Notes under the pieces: generated by a model
Databases searched by the model: none
What the model saw: the letters and a program-made list of their open reading frames with translations, nothing else
What the model was told of the DNA's origin: nothing
Assembly (NCBI GenBank): GCA_964404925.1
Contig: CAYOLW010000001.1
Location: 2,106-66,105 of the forward strand
Source of the DNA: an uncultured Candidatus Saccharibacteria bacterium
GTDB lineage: Bacteria; Patescibacteriota; Minisyncoccia; Phycocordibacterales; UBA9973
DNA: 64,000 bases
Direction of reading: 5' to 3'
Shown: positions 28,059 to 36,568 of the stretch, one piece after another
Layout of the letters: each line of letters begins with the position of its first letter
Position numbering within the stretch: position 1 is the stretch's first letter
Position numbers and translations under genes: made by a program

Positions 28059-29156
28059 ATGAAACTCGAATGTGGGATAGAAAAAATTAAGAACGCGATT
28101 TCATTAACAGAGCGAGTAACAAGTGGTAATCTAACCCTACCAGTTTTAAACTCAATACTTTTAATTGCAGAAGGGAAGAATCTGAAACTTAGATCAACCA
28201 ATCTGTCTATTGGTGTAGAGGTGGATATACCAGCCAAGATTGAAGTAGAGGGAACTATAGCTATCACTGGAACGTCTCTTTCTAATGCTTTTACAAATAT
28301 ACACGGAAATGAAAACATCACCCTAGAGGTAGAGAATGGGAATCTTTTAGTTAAAACTAAAAAAAGTAAAATACGTTTTAAAGCAAACCCTCATGAAGAT
28401 TTCCCAACCATACCAAAAGTAGAAGGGAATAGTTTTGAAATTGAAAACAAAAAATTAATAGAAGGTATAAAATCAGTTTACTATAGTGCTTCAGTTACAG
28501 ATATTAAACCAGAAATATCAAGTGTTTATATTTATAAAGAGGAAGAGAACCTTGTTTTTGTATCTACAGATTCTTTTCGTTTAGCGGAGAAGAGGGTTAA
28601 AATAAAGAAAAGTTTTGATTTGAGTGGTATTTTAATACCTTATAAAAATATCCCAGAAATAATTAGGATTCTAGGTGAAGTGAATGAGGTTATTCAAGTT
28701 AGTTTTAATAAAAACCAAATATCTTTCTACGTTTCTGGTATATATTTAACATCCAGGATTGTTGACGGGGGTTTCCCTGATTATAAACAAATAATACCAA
28801 AAACATTTAGCACAGAAATTGTTTTACTTAAACAAGATTTATTGAACGCTTTAAAATTATCAAATATATTTTCTGACAAGTTCAATCAATTAAACTTAAA
28901 AGTTGATGTAAAAAATAAAAATTTAGAACTTTTTTCTGAGAATACTAATGTTGGAGAAAATAAAACTCAAATAGACGCAGCTATAACAGGAGAGGATACT
29001 GAATTAAGTTTTAATTATAAATATTTTCTAGACTGTTTTCCTTCATTAACTACAGATAGTGTAGTTATTAAAATAAACAACTCCTCAAAACCAATGGTTA
29101 TTGAACCTGTATCAGACAAGTCTTTTACTTACCTGGTAATGCCAATGAATAAGTAA
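28059..29156 (+). CDS. dnaN: DNA polymerase III beta clamp
   Basis: LPVLNSILL, STDSFRLAE, GGFPDYKQIIP, YLVMPM; downstream of dnaA. Confidence 0.97.
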   Translation: MKLECGIEKIKNAISLTERVTSGNLTLPVLNSILLIAEGKNLKLRSTNLSIGVEVDIPAKIEVEGTIAITGTSLSNAFTNIHGNENITLEVENGNLLVKTKKSKIRFKANPHEDFPTIPKVEGNSFEIENKKLIEGIKSVYYSASVTDIKPEISSVYIYKEEENLVFVSTDSFRLAEKRVKIKKSFDLSGILIPYKNIPEIIRILGEVNEVIQVSFNKNQISFYVSGIYLTSRIVDGGFPDYKQIIPKTFSTEIVLLKQDLLNALKLSNIFSDKFNQLNLKVDVKNKNLELFSENTNVGENKTQIDAAITGEDTELSFNYKYFLDCFPSLTTDSVVIKINNSSKPMVIEPVSDKSFTYLVMPMNK

Positions 29157-29160
29157 TCTT

Positions 29161-29418
29161 ATGCCAGAGATTAGCGAACTACTTCTACGTTTCGAAAAAA
29201 TACTTGGTGGACAAAGAAATCAAAAACACATAATTATTGAAATTGTAAAAGACAAAATAAATATATCTTTGAACACGGACTCAATAACACTTAAAAACGG
29301 AGTTGTTTTTTTTAAAGTTAAGCCAATTATTAAAAACGAAATCTTATTTAAAAAAGATGAGCTTTTAATGGAGATAAAAAAAGAAATTCCTGGTTTAGTT
29401 GTGGAGGATATTAGGTGA
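29161..29418 (+). CDS. DciA/DUF721-like small protein
   Basis: 85 aa after dnaN; KNGVVFFKV...KNEILFKKDELLMEIK...VVEDIR resembles the DciA KH-like domain pattern. Confidence 0.5.
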   Translation: MPEISELLLRFEKILGGQRNQKHIIIEIVKDKINISLNTDSITLKNGVVFFKVKPIIKNEILFKKDELLMEIKKEIPGLVVEDIR

Positions 29419-31977
29419 TTATCGTACTTTAAAATGTACAACAGATTCTGTTTTGTTATATACAGAGTCGTAAACAATGAGTTTGAATTCGTTGTTGTCG
29501 GATAAATTAGTCAACTTGTTTGGTATAAAAGAGTAACTAAAAGGTATGCTTATTGTATCTAAATAAATTCCATTAATTAAAACATCAGCTTTTGTTATTG
29601 GGTACGCACCAGAACTATTAGCTTGTAAACTAATTAATTCATTAGCGTTGTAATATGTATCACTATTCGGTTGAATTATTTCAACCTTAGGTTTTGAACC
29701 TTCGGTGTGAAGTCTGTCTGTTTCAGATGGTTTTGTATATATAAAATCATTTCCATATCTATAGCTATTGTTTTTCCACCAGTTTTGTACACCAACTTCC
29801 CAGTGTGAGAATTGTGGGTCGTTGGATGGGTTGGTTGGGGGTGGACCCATAATGTTGTTTTTATTTACCCAATATAGGATGGAGTGAACATTTGTTAAAA
29901 CCTTCTCTACTCGAGTTTCTTTTGGTGTTAAATTGGTGGCTAAAGCACCAGTTAATTTATCAACATAAAAGCTTTCGTTTCCTTGCCACAAACCACGTAA
30001 TACTGGTTTGTACTCACTTGGGTCAAAGTATATATCAGGTTTTTCAAACTTTTCTTCAGGTAGTTTCGTTAAAGCATAAGAAATAAAATTATTCCAAATA
30101 GGACCTGCTACAGCCGAACCTCCTTTTTTCATTGGTTTATTGTCGTTATTACCAGCCCACACACCTACTGCTATGGATGGGGTATAACCAACAGTCCAAG
30201 CGTCTTTGTTGTTATTAGTGGTACCGGTTTTTACCGCCACCTGGTGTCCAGAAACTACTAGACTTGAATTTGATCCAAATGTTGGTGTGCGAGCAGTATT
30301 ATCAGATAAAATATCTGAAACCAACAATGCTGTGTTTCTTGGTAAAACATCAACTGGGTTTGGTTTATATTCTTCTAAAATATTTCCATCCCTATCCTCA
30401 ACCTTAAGTATTCCTGTGTATTTATTTTTTATACCACTATTAGCAAAAACACTATAAGCTGAAGTTATATCAAGTAAGCTTACTTCGCCACCTCCAATAA
30501 CAAGTGTTAATCCATAGCGGTTAATATCCGAAAGGGTTGTTATACCCATTTCCTCAGCTGTTTTTAAAGAGTCTTTAAGTCCAGATAAATAAAATAGTTT
30601 AACAGCTGGTATGTTTATAGATTGGGCTAATGCATTTCTGAGACTTAATGGTCCACGAAACTTGCCATCATAGTTGTCCGGCATATAACAATTTGCTTGA
30701 TCGCGTCCTGGTAGAGCTTTGCCATAAGGGTCACAGGTTGTTTGGAATTCAGTTGGCACATCAAATAAAACTGTATCAGGGGTAAAGCCTTTATTAAAAG
30801 CAGTAGCGTAGATAAATGGTTTAAAAGAAGAGCCTGGCTGCCTCACAGCTGTACCTACATTAAAGTTTCCATCAACCAACTTGTCATTGTAGTCACGAGA
30901 GCCTACCATTGTGATTAAATGCCCTGTTTTAGGGTCTATTGCTACAAGAGCAGCGTTGCTACCATTCCAGTCTTTTTCGTTCTGTAGAGCGCCGTTTTTC
31001 ACATATTCTTCAGCTTTTTGTTGCAAGTCATAATCAAGGGTGGTTGTGACTCGTAAACCTCTTTCTTCAACAGCCTCTTCGCCGTATTTTTTTTCTAAAT
31101 AATCCTTAATGAAGAAAACAAAATGAGGCGCTTTAATTCCACCAGCTTCTTTAGGCAAGAAAACAACAACTTCGTTTTTTGCTTTGTCATATTCTTCTTG
31201 GTTTATGTATCCAAGTTGTTTCATTCTAAATAAAACCAAGTTTTTTCTTTCATCTAATTTATCTCTATTTTTTCCATAAGGTGATAGTTTGGTTGGGGAT
31301 TGAGGTACAGCTGCCATATACGCAGCTTCAGTTACATTTAAATCATAAGAATGTTTACCAAAATATGTTTTAGAAGCTTCTTCAATTCCGTAGATAGTAC
31401 CTCCATAAGGTGCCTCGTTCAAATATAGTTCAAGTATTTTTTCTTTCGTTAGTTTTTGTTCAATCTTTATAGCTAAAACCCATTCTTTGATTTTGCGACT
31501 AATTTTCTTTTCGGATGTGAGTAAGGTGTTTTTAATAAGTTGTTGGGTTATGGTAGAACCACCTCCACCAATACCTATATTAAATATATTTGATAAAACT
31601 GCCCGAATCGTAGAGGTAACTCGCACACCACTATGTTGATAAAATTCAGCATCTTCGATGGCAACGGTTGCATTTTTGATATTAACCCCCATATCTCCAA
31701 AAGGAATACTAGTCCTTTTGGTATCGGCATGTATGTCGTACAACAACACTTCACCAGTCCTGTCATAAATTTTTGTTGAGTTTACAATCTTTCTATCCTC
31801 AAAGTCATTAAAATCAGGTATATCCATTAAAGACAACCAAACAACCAGGCTTCCTGTGGTTAGTAAAAATAAACTTAAAAAACCCATCCAAAAATTCTTA
31901 CCAAAAAAAAACTTTCTTTTTTTGTTTTTCTTTATATGAATAATATTTTTTAATATTTTCTTAGATTTTTTTATCAC
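29419..31977 (-). CDS. class A penicillin-binding protein (PBP1A family)
   Basis: AIEDAEFYQHSG, GGSTITQQLIKN, RKIKE, ILELYLNE; RQPGSSFK, SIN, KTGTT. Confidence 0.95.
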   Translation of the reverse strand: MIKKSKKILKNIIHIKKNKKRKFFFGKNFWMGFLSLFLLTTGSLVVWLSLMDIPDFNDFEDRKIVNSTKIYDRTGEVLLYDIHADTKRTSIPFGDMGVNIKNATVAIEDAEFYQHSGVRVTSTIRAVLSNIFNIGIGGGGSTITQQLIKNTLLTSEKKISRKIKEWVLAIKIEQKLTKEKILELYLNEAPYGGTIYGIEEASKTYFGKHSYDLNVTEAAYMAAVPQSPTKLSPYGKNRDKLDERKNLVLFRMKQLGYINQEEYDKAKNEVVVFLPKEAGGIKAPHFVFFIKDYLEKKYGEEAVEERGLRVTTTLDYDLQQKAEEYVKNGALQNEKDWNGSNAALVAIDPKTGHLITMVGSRDYNDKLVDGNFNVGTAVRQPGSSFKPFIYATAFNKGFTPDTVLFDVPTEFQTTCDPYGKALPGRDQANCYMPDNYDGKFRGPLSLRNALAQSINIPAVKLFYLSGLKDSLKTAEEMGITTLSDINRYGLTLVIGGGEVSLLDITSAYSVFANSGIKNKYTGILKVEDRDGNILEEYKPNPVDVLPRNTALLVSDILSDNTARTPTFGSNSSLVVSGHQVAVKTGTTNNNKDAWTVGYTPSIAVGVWAGNNDNKPMKKGGSAVAGPIWNNFISYALTKLPEEKFEKPDIYFDPSEYKPVLRGLWQGNESFYVDKLTGALATNLTPKETRVEKVLTNVHSILYWVNKNNIMGPPPTNPSNDPQFSHWEVGVQNWWKNNSYRYGNDFIYTKPSETDRLHTEGSKPKVEIIQPNSDTYYNANELISLQANSSGAYPITKADVLINGIYLDTISIPFSYSFIPNKLTNLSDNNEFKLIVYDSVYNKTESVVHFKVR

Positions 31978-32024
31978 GGCCTTATTTTAGCTTAAAAACT
32001 ATGTATAATCCATACTAGTAACAC

Positions 32025-32061
32025 AATCAAAAAACCTGGGTTACTCCCAGGTTTTTTGATT
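32025..32061. terminator. intrinsic terminator (bidirectional)
   Basis: AATCAAAAAACCTGGG-TTACT-CCCAGGTTTTTTGATT. Confidence 0.85.
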
Positions 32062-32066
32062 TTTAT

Positions 32067-32231
32067 TCAGTATCCATCCTCATTGTCGTCGCCAAATCCA
32101 CCAAAAACTTTATCATCTTCTAAATCAAGATCATCCACCATTGGATCGAAATCATCAGCATCTTCTCCATCAAAATCTTTTTCTTCAGCTAAATCACCAC
32201 CCTCTTTCTCTTCTTCGTTTTTGTAACTCAT
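32067..32231 (-). CDS. 54-aa highly acidic small protein (missing from ORF track)
   Basis: MSYKNEEEKEGGDLAEEKDFDGEDADDFDPMVDDLDLEDDKVFGGFGDDNEDGY; 24 of 54 residues D/E; ends just before the terminator. Confidence 0.7.
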   Translation of the reverse strand: MSYKNEEEKEGGDLAEEKDFDGEDADDFDPMVDDLDLEDDKVFGGFGDDNEDGY

Positions 32232-32337
32232 TTAAACAAAAATATATATAATTTTTTTACCGACCTTTTAATTTGAGTAATTAATATCAAAATATAAAAA
32301 CCAAAGCAAGACAATTTTTTTAAATATGTGGAAAACC

Positions 32338-32811
32338 CTACCTTAAGTGAGCAAAAGCAGTCAGGGCAATGGCAATAGCGTCAAGTTCGTCGTCTGAGTT
32401 TTTGCTTTTATCTAGGGTAATTAGTAATTTAACCATTTTAATTACATCTCTTTTTTCAGCACGGCCATACCCTGTTGTAGCTATTTTAATTTGCAGTGGT
32501 GTAGCTTCGAATACTTTTAGCCCAGCTAAGCCGCTTTCGTATACAACCACACCTCGTGCCTCAGCTACTTTCATAGCTGTTTTTTGGTTGGTGTTTAGAA
32601 AAAGAGTTTCTATGGATAGAACTTCTGGTTTGTATATATTAATTATTTCTTTAATTTTATTACCCACCAATACCAACCTCTCATTAAAAGGTAGGGTAGG
32701 GGAAGTTTTGAAGCATTCAGAAAAAACTAGGTTCTCTTTTGTGTTGCCAGTTTTTTCAACTATAGCTATTCCAAGTCTTTCATATCCAGGGTCTATTCCT
32801 AATATTCGCAT
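32338..32811 (-). CDS. ruvC: Holliday junction resolvase RuvC
   Basis: MRILGIDPG, IETLF, EARGV, TGYGRAEK, DELDAIAIAL. Confidence 0.95.
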   Translation of the reverse strand: MRILGIDPGYERLGIAIVEKTGNTKENLVFSECFKTSPTLPFNERLVLVGNKIKEIINIYKPEVLSIETLFLNTNQKTAMKVAEARGVVVYESGLAGLKVFEATPLQIKIATTGYGRAEKRDVIKMVKLLITLDKSKNSDDELDAIAIALTAFAHLR

Positions 32812-32817
32812 ACAAAT

Positions 32818-33807
32818 CTATTCTTTAAACTCGTAACCCAAATGCTCGTATGCTTTTTTTGTAGCGATGCGGCCGCGGGTTGTACGTTCGATTAAACCAA
32901 GCTGGATTAGGTATGGTTCAACCACTTCTTCTACTGTTGCATCTTCTTCACTCATGGCTGCTGCGATGGTTTTAAGCCCAACAGGGCCGCCGTTAAATTT
33001 ATCAATCACTATTTCTAAATACTTTCTGTCTCCATTATTTAAACCCAACTCATCTATTTCAAGCATAGCTAAAGCTTCCTTAACTAATTTTGTTTCTGGT
33101 TTTTTTTTACTTACTTGAGCAAAGTCGCGAACCCTTTTTAATAAATAGTTTGCAATACGAGGGGTGAATCGACTGCGAGTAGCTATTTCAAATAAAGCTT
33201 CTTTATCTACTTCAATGTTCAGTAGGTTGCTAGACCTTTTTAATATCTCAGCAACTTCTTGGTTAGTGTAGAACTCCATTCTAAAAGCTCCACCAGAAAA
33301 TCTAGACCGAAGAGGGGAGGATATCATTGCAGCTCGAGTAGTGGCCGCAATCATTGTAAATGGTGGTAGGTCAAGTTGGATGGTTCTAGCAGAAGGTCCT
33401 TTGCCAATTATAATGTCCAAAACACCAGACTCCATAGCTGGGTATAGAACCTCCTCAACCATTTTATTTAGTCGATGTATTTCATCAATAAATAAAATAT
33501 CTCCAGGAGATAGATTGGTTAGGATTGAAGCTAGATCACCAACCTTCTCAATTGCTGGTCCAGAGGTTATTTTCATTTGTTTACCAGTTTCTTTGGCGAT
33601 TAAGTGTGCCAAGGTTGTTTTTCCTAAACCTGGTGGTCCGTAAAAAAGGATGTGTTCGGGTGTGTGTCCGCGTTCATAGGCAGCCTGAAGGAGTATTTTA
33701 AGGTTGTCTTTTATGTGTTTTTGGCCAATATAGTCATCCCAAGATTGTGGCCGGAGTGTCTGGTCTAAATTGCTATCAGTATTAATTTCTTTTATATTGT
33801 TTTCCAT
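32818..33807 (-). CDS. ruvB: Holliday junction branch migration ATPase RuvB
   Basis: [44 protein letters not shown]. Confidence 0.97.
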   Translation of the reverse strand: MENNIKEINTDSNLDQTLRPQSWDDYIGQKHIKDNLKILLQAAYERGHTPEHILFYGPPGLGKTTLAHLIAKETGKQMKITSGPAIEKVGDLASILTNLSPGDILFIDEIHRLNKMVEEVLYPAMESGVLDIIIGKGPSARTIQLDLPPFTMIAATTRAAMISSPLRSRFSGGAFRMEFYTNQEVAEILKRSSNLLNIEVDKEALFEIATRSRFTPRIANYLLKRVRDFAQVSKKKPETKLVKEALAMLEIDELGLNNGDRKYLEIVIDKFNGGPVGLKTIAAAMSEEDATVEEVVEPYLIQLGLIERTTRGRIATKKAYEHLGYEFKE

Positions 33808-33822
33808 TTTTCACTTGACCTT

Positions 33823-33838
33823 GTCGTTCGCGAACGAC
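33823..33838. promoter_or_regulatory. perfect 16-bp palindrome, candidate protein-binding site
   Basis: GTCGTTCGCGAACGAC, 15 bp upstream of the ruvB start and abutting a divergent -35 box. Confidence 0.45.
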
Positions 33839-33842
33839 GGGG

Positions 33843-33871
33843 TTGACATATTAATTTAATTATGCTATATT
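33843..33871 (+). promoter_or_regulatory. sigma70 promoter facing an ORF-free region
   Basis: TTGACA (33843-33848), 17 bp, TG-n-TATATT (33866-33871); a second TATAAT lies at 33948-33953. Confidence 0.65.
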
Positions 33872-33961
33872 ACAGAAAGTTTAAGATATTGACAGTTTAT
33901 CAACAGGCCTTTCCACATTATATCATTTGGCAGGGAAATTGAAGAGTTATAATTTAAAAGT

Positions 33962-34124
33962 AAGAGAAGAGGGTTCTAATCTCTAAGCAATCAGCCTCTG
34001 GTTCTACAGCTGTGCGTAGGACGTCCTGGATATTTATTAAATTTTCTGGGTCTATCCTTCAAGGAGTTGTTACTTTTGGGGCAAAGCCCTAAAAGGATTG
34101 TTTAGAGATTAGGATTCTTTTTTT
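33962..34124 (+). ncRNA. unassigned structured RNA (~160 nt, multibranch)
   Basis: Uninterrupted 26-bp closing helix 33967-33992/34096-34121 whose non-Watson-Crick pairs are all G-U on the + strand; four internal hairpins; no ATG; promoter upstream and terminator downstream. Confidence 0.6.
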
Positions 34125-34128
34125 ATTT

Positions 34129-34152
34129 AAACCACCAAGTTAGGTGGTTTTT
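34129..34152. terminator. intrinsic terminator between the ncRNA and the convergent LOG gene
   Basis: AAACCACC-AAGTTA-GGTGGTTTTT. Confidence 0.65.
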
Positions 34153-34807
34153 ATATTTTATACTTTTCGTAGTTTAAACAAAAATCTTTACCACCTACTT
34201 TAAAACTTGAGTACGAATCATTAATTATGTTCATTGCTTCTTCTGGTGTTTTAACGTGAAAGATTAGATTATAGTCTTCTTTGTCTAAATATTTTTTTGC
34301 TAAAGGTTCTTCTTTTATCCAACGGAGTAATCCTTCCCATTCGTTGCCCATTAAAATAATTGGAATGTTACAAATATGATGCACTTGCACAAGTTGCCAT
34401 GTATAAAAAAGTTCTAGGATTGTACCTAACCCCCCAGGGCATACTACCACTGCATTTGTAAGGGTCATAAATTCGTCTAGTCTTCCTGAGAAACGATTAA
34501 ACTGTTCTTTGTATTCTACTGAATCATTAAACTTTTGTTCCCAAGGAAGCTTTATCCCTATTCCTATAGAGTGTGCACCTGTTTTACCTATTGCTTGTCC
34601 TTCTAAATGACCTTCGTTGCCTGCTTTCATTAAACCAGGACCACCACCAGTTATTACATCGATACCTGTTTCCCCGAGCATTTTAGCTAAGTGTTTAACT
34701 TGTTTGTAGATTTCATCATTGTTTTCTATTCTCGAACTACCAAAAATGGTCACTCGGAAATGTTGCTTGTCTTTTTTTAAAAAAAAGTTGAACACCTTGT
34801 TTTTCAT
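34151..34807 (-). CDS. LOG family nucleotide 5'-monophosphate nucleosidase
   Basis: VTIFGSSR, ITGGGPGLM, PGGLGTILE (PGGxGTxxE). Confidence 0.9.
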   Translation of the reverse strand: MKNKVFNFFLKKDKQHFRVTIFGSSRIENNDEIYKQVKHLAKMLGETGIDVITGGGPGLMKAGNEGHLEGQAIGKTGAHSIGIGIKLPWEQKFNDSVEYKEQFNRFSGRLDEFMTLTNAVVVCPGGLGTILELFYTWQLVQVHHICNIPIILMGNEWEGLLRWIKEEPLAKKYLDKEDYNLIFHVKTPEEAMNIINDSYSSFKVGGKDFCLNYEKYKI

Positions 34808-34823
34808 ATGTTCCACTATAAGA

Positions 34824-36521
34824 TTATTCTTCGTATAGGTCAACAACACCAGATACTTCTTCGATAGAGGTTATGCCATTTAATATTTTTACCACCCCGT
34901 CTTGTCTCATGGACAAAATACCTTGGTGTTTAGCAATACTTTTTATTTCTCGTTCTGAAGGGTTTTCCGGCATTATTTTTTCAAGTGACTCATCTGTTTT
35001 GACTGCTTCAAAAATACCGATTCTACCTTTGTATCCTGTATTGTTACATTTTTCACAACCTGTTGGGTAAAAGAAGTGCAACTCTTGGTCTTTTTGAAGT
35101 CCATATTTTTTCAATTCTTTACCCTCTGTTTCCATGGTTGCTAATATGTTTTTCATTATTTCCAACTCTCTTTCTTTGGGTGCTTTTTCTATTTTGCAAA
35201 ATTGGCATAATTTTCTAACCAAACGTTGTGCTATTGAAAGAGAAAGTGCTGAAACAAGAATTTTTGGATTGACCTTAAGGTCAATCAAGCGGGGGATTGC
35301 ACCGGCTGCGTTGTTGGTGTGCAGCGTAGAGAAAACCATGTGACCAGTCAATGCAGCCTGGACAGCTGTTTCAGCCGTGTCTGGGTCACGTATTTCACCC
35401 ACCATGATTACATCAGGGTCTTGTCGTAATGCAGCTTTCATTCCTTCGGCGAACCCATACTTAGCATCGTCTTCTTTTTGAGTTTGGGTTATTCCACGTA
35501 GACGGTACTCCACCGGATCTTCAATAGTAATTATTTTTATTTCTGGAGAATAAATTCTGCGCAAGAATGCATACAGTGTGGTGGTTTTACCGCTACCAGT
35601 TGGACCTGTTACCAGAATCAATCCATTGGGCTTAGCTATTTCTTCTTTAATAATTCCAAACAAATACGGCTCAATACCCATATCTTCCAAATCAATCTGA
35701 ATTGATTTGGGATCCAAGATACGCATCACAATGGATTCTCCGTATGATCCAGGAATCATTGAAGTACGAATAGATAACTCTTCTTCACCTTCGGTTATAG
35801 AGAATCTACCGTCCTGGGAATTTTTAGAAGTAAGCTTCATTCCAGAAAGAAGTTTAATTCTAGAGTTTATTAGGTGGTAGGTGTCGAGTCCAAAAAAATC
35901 AATGTCTTGCAAAACACCATCGAGTCTAAAACGCAGTCGTCCACGATCGTTTTCTGGCTCGATGTGTATATCAGATGCCTTAATAGCAATAGCTCCAGCT
36001 AGAATTATTTCCAAGATTCTTGATATTCGGTGGACTTTGTTCGTCTCCATTTCTTTTTTGACCATGCTTGAAATATCTTGGATATGATTTATGTTTTCAG
36101 CTGTTTTGCGTAAAATCTCAGATGAAATATCAAGGCCACCAATTCTGGAGTTTTCGGCTAATGAAAGTTCTGTATACCTTTCCCAGACTTTTTCAATACT
36201 ACCTAAAGATGCCATATAAAAAACTGGAACCAGCCCATGACGTAGTACATCTTCACGGATTCGTTCCTTTAATTCGTCAGTTGGTGTTCTAAGTGCAACA
36301 TAAATATTTTTACCGACAAGTTTAAATGGACCAATTTTTAACTCTCGGGCATCAGCTTCTGAAATAGCACGCAATGATTCATTGTCTATACCGAGTCTGT
36401 ATAGGTCTACGTAAGGCAGATTGTATTTTGTTTCAGCCAGCATGGAGACCAACTGTTCTTCTTCTTTCCTGCGCAATTCATCAATCTGTTTATTTTGTTT
36501 ATCTTCATCAAAGGATGACAT
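34824..36521 (-). CDS. GspE/PilB family type IV pilus assembly ATPase
   Basis: ASDIHIEP, GPTGSGKTTTLY, TIEDPVEY, LRQDPDVIMVGEIRD, STLHTN, CxxC pairs, GYKGRIGIFE. Confidence 0.93.
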   Translation of the reverse strand: MSSFDEDKQNKQIDELRRKEEEQLVSMLAETKYNLPYVDLYRLGIDNESLRAISEADARELKIGPFKLVGKNIYVALRTPTDELKERIREDVLRHGLVPVFYMASLGSIEKVWERYTELSLAENSRIGGLDISSEILRKTAENINHIQDISSMVKKEMETNKVHRISRILEIILAGAIAIKASDIHIEPENDRGRLRFRLDGVLQDIDFFGLDTYHLINSRIKLLSGMKLTSKNSQDGRFSITEGEEELSIRTSMIPGSYGESIVMRILDPKSIQIDLEDMGIEPYLFGIIKEEIAKPNGLILVTGPTGSGKTTTLYAFLRRIYSPEIKIITIEDPVEYRLRGITQTQKEDDAKYGFAEGMKAALRQDPDVIMVGEIRDPDTAETAVQAALTGHMVFSTLHTNNAAGAIPRLIDLKVNPKILVSALSLSIAQRLVRKLCQFCKIEKAPKERELEIMKNILATMETEGKELKKYGLQKDQELHFFYPTGCEKCNNTGYKGRIGIFEAVKTDESLEKIMPENPSEREIKSIAKHQGILSMRQDGVVKILNGITSIEEVSGVVDLYEE

Positions 36522-36568
36522 TTGTTATTTATTATATAGCAAAGAAGTGAAATGGTATAATGCAGGCA

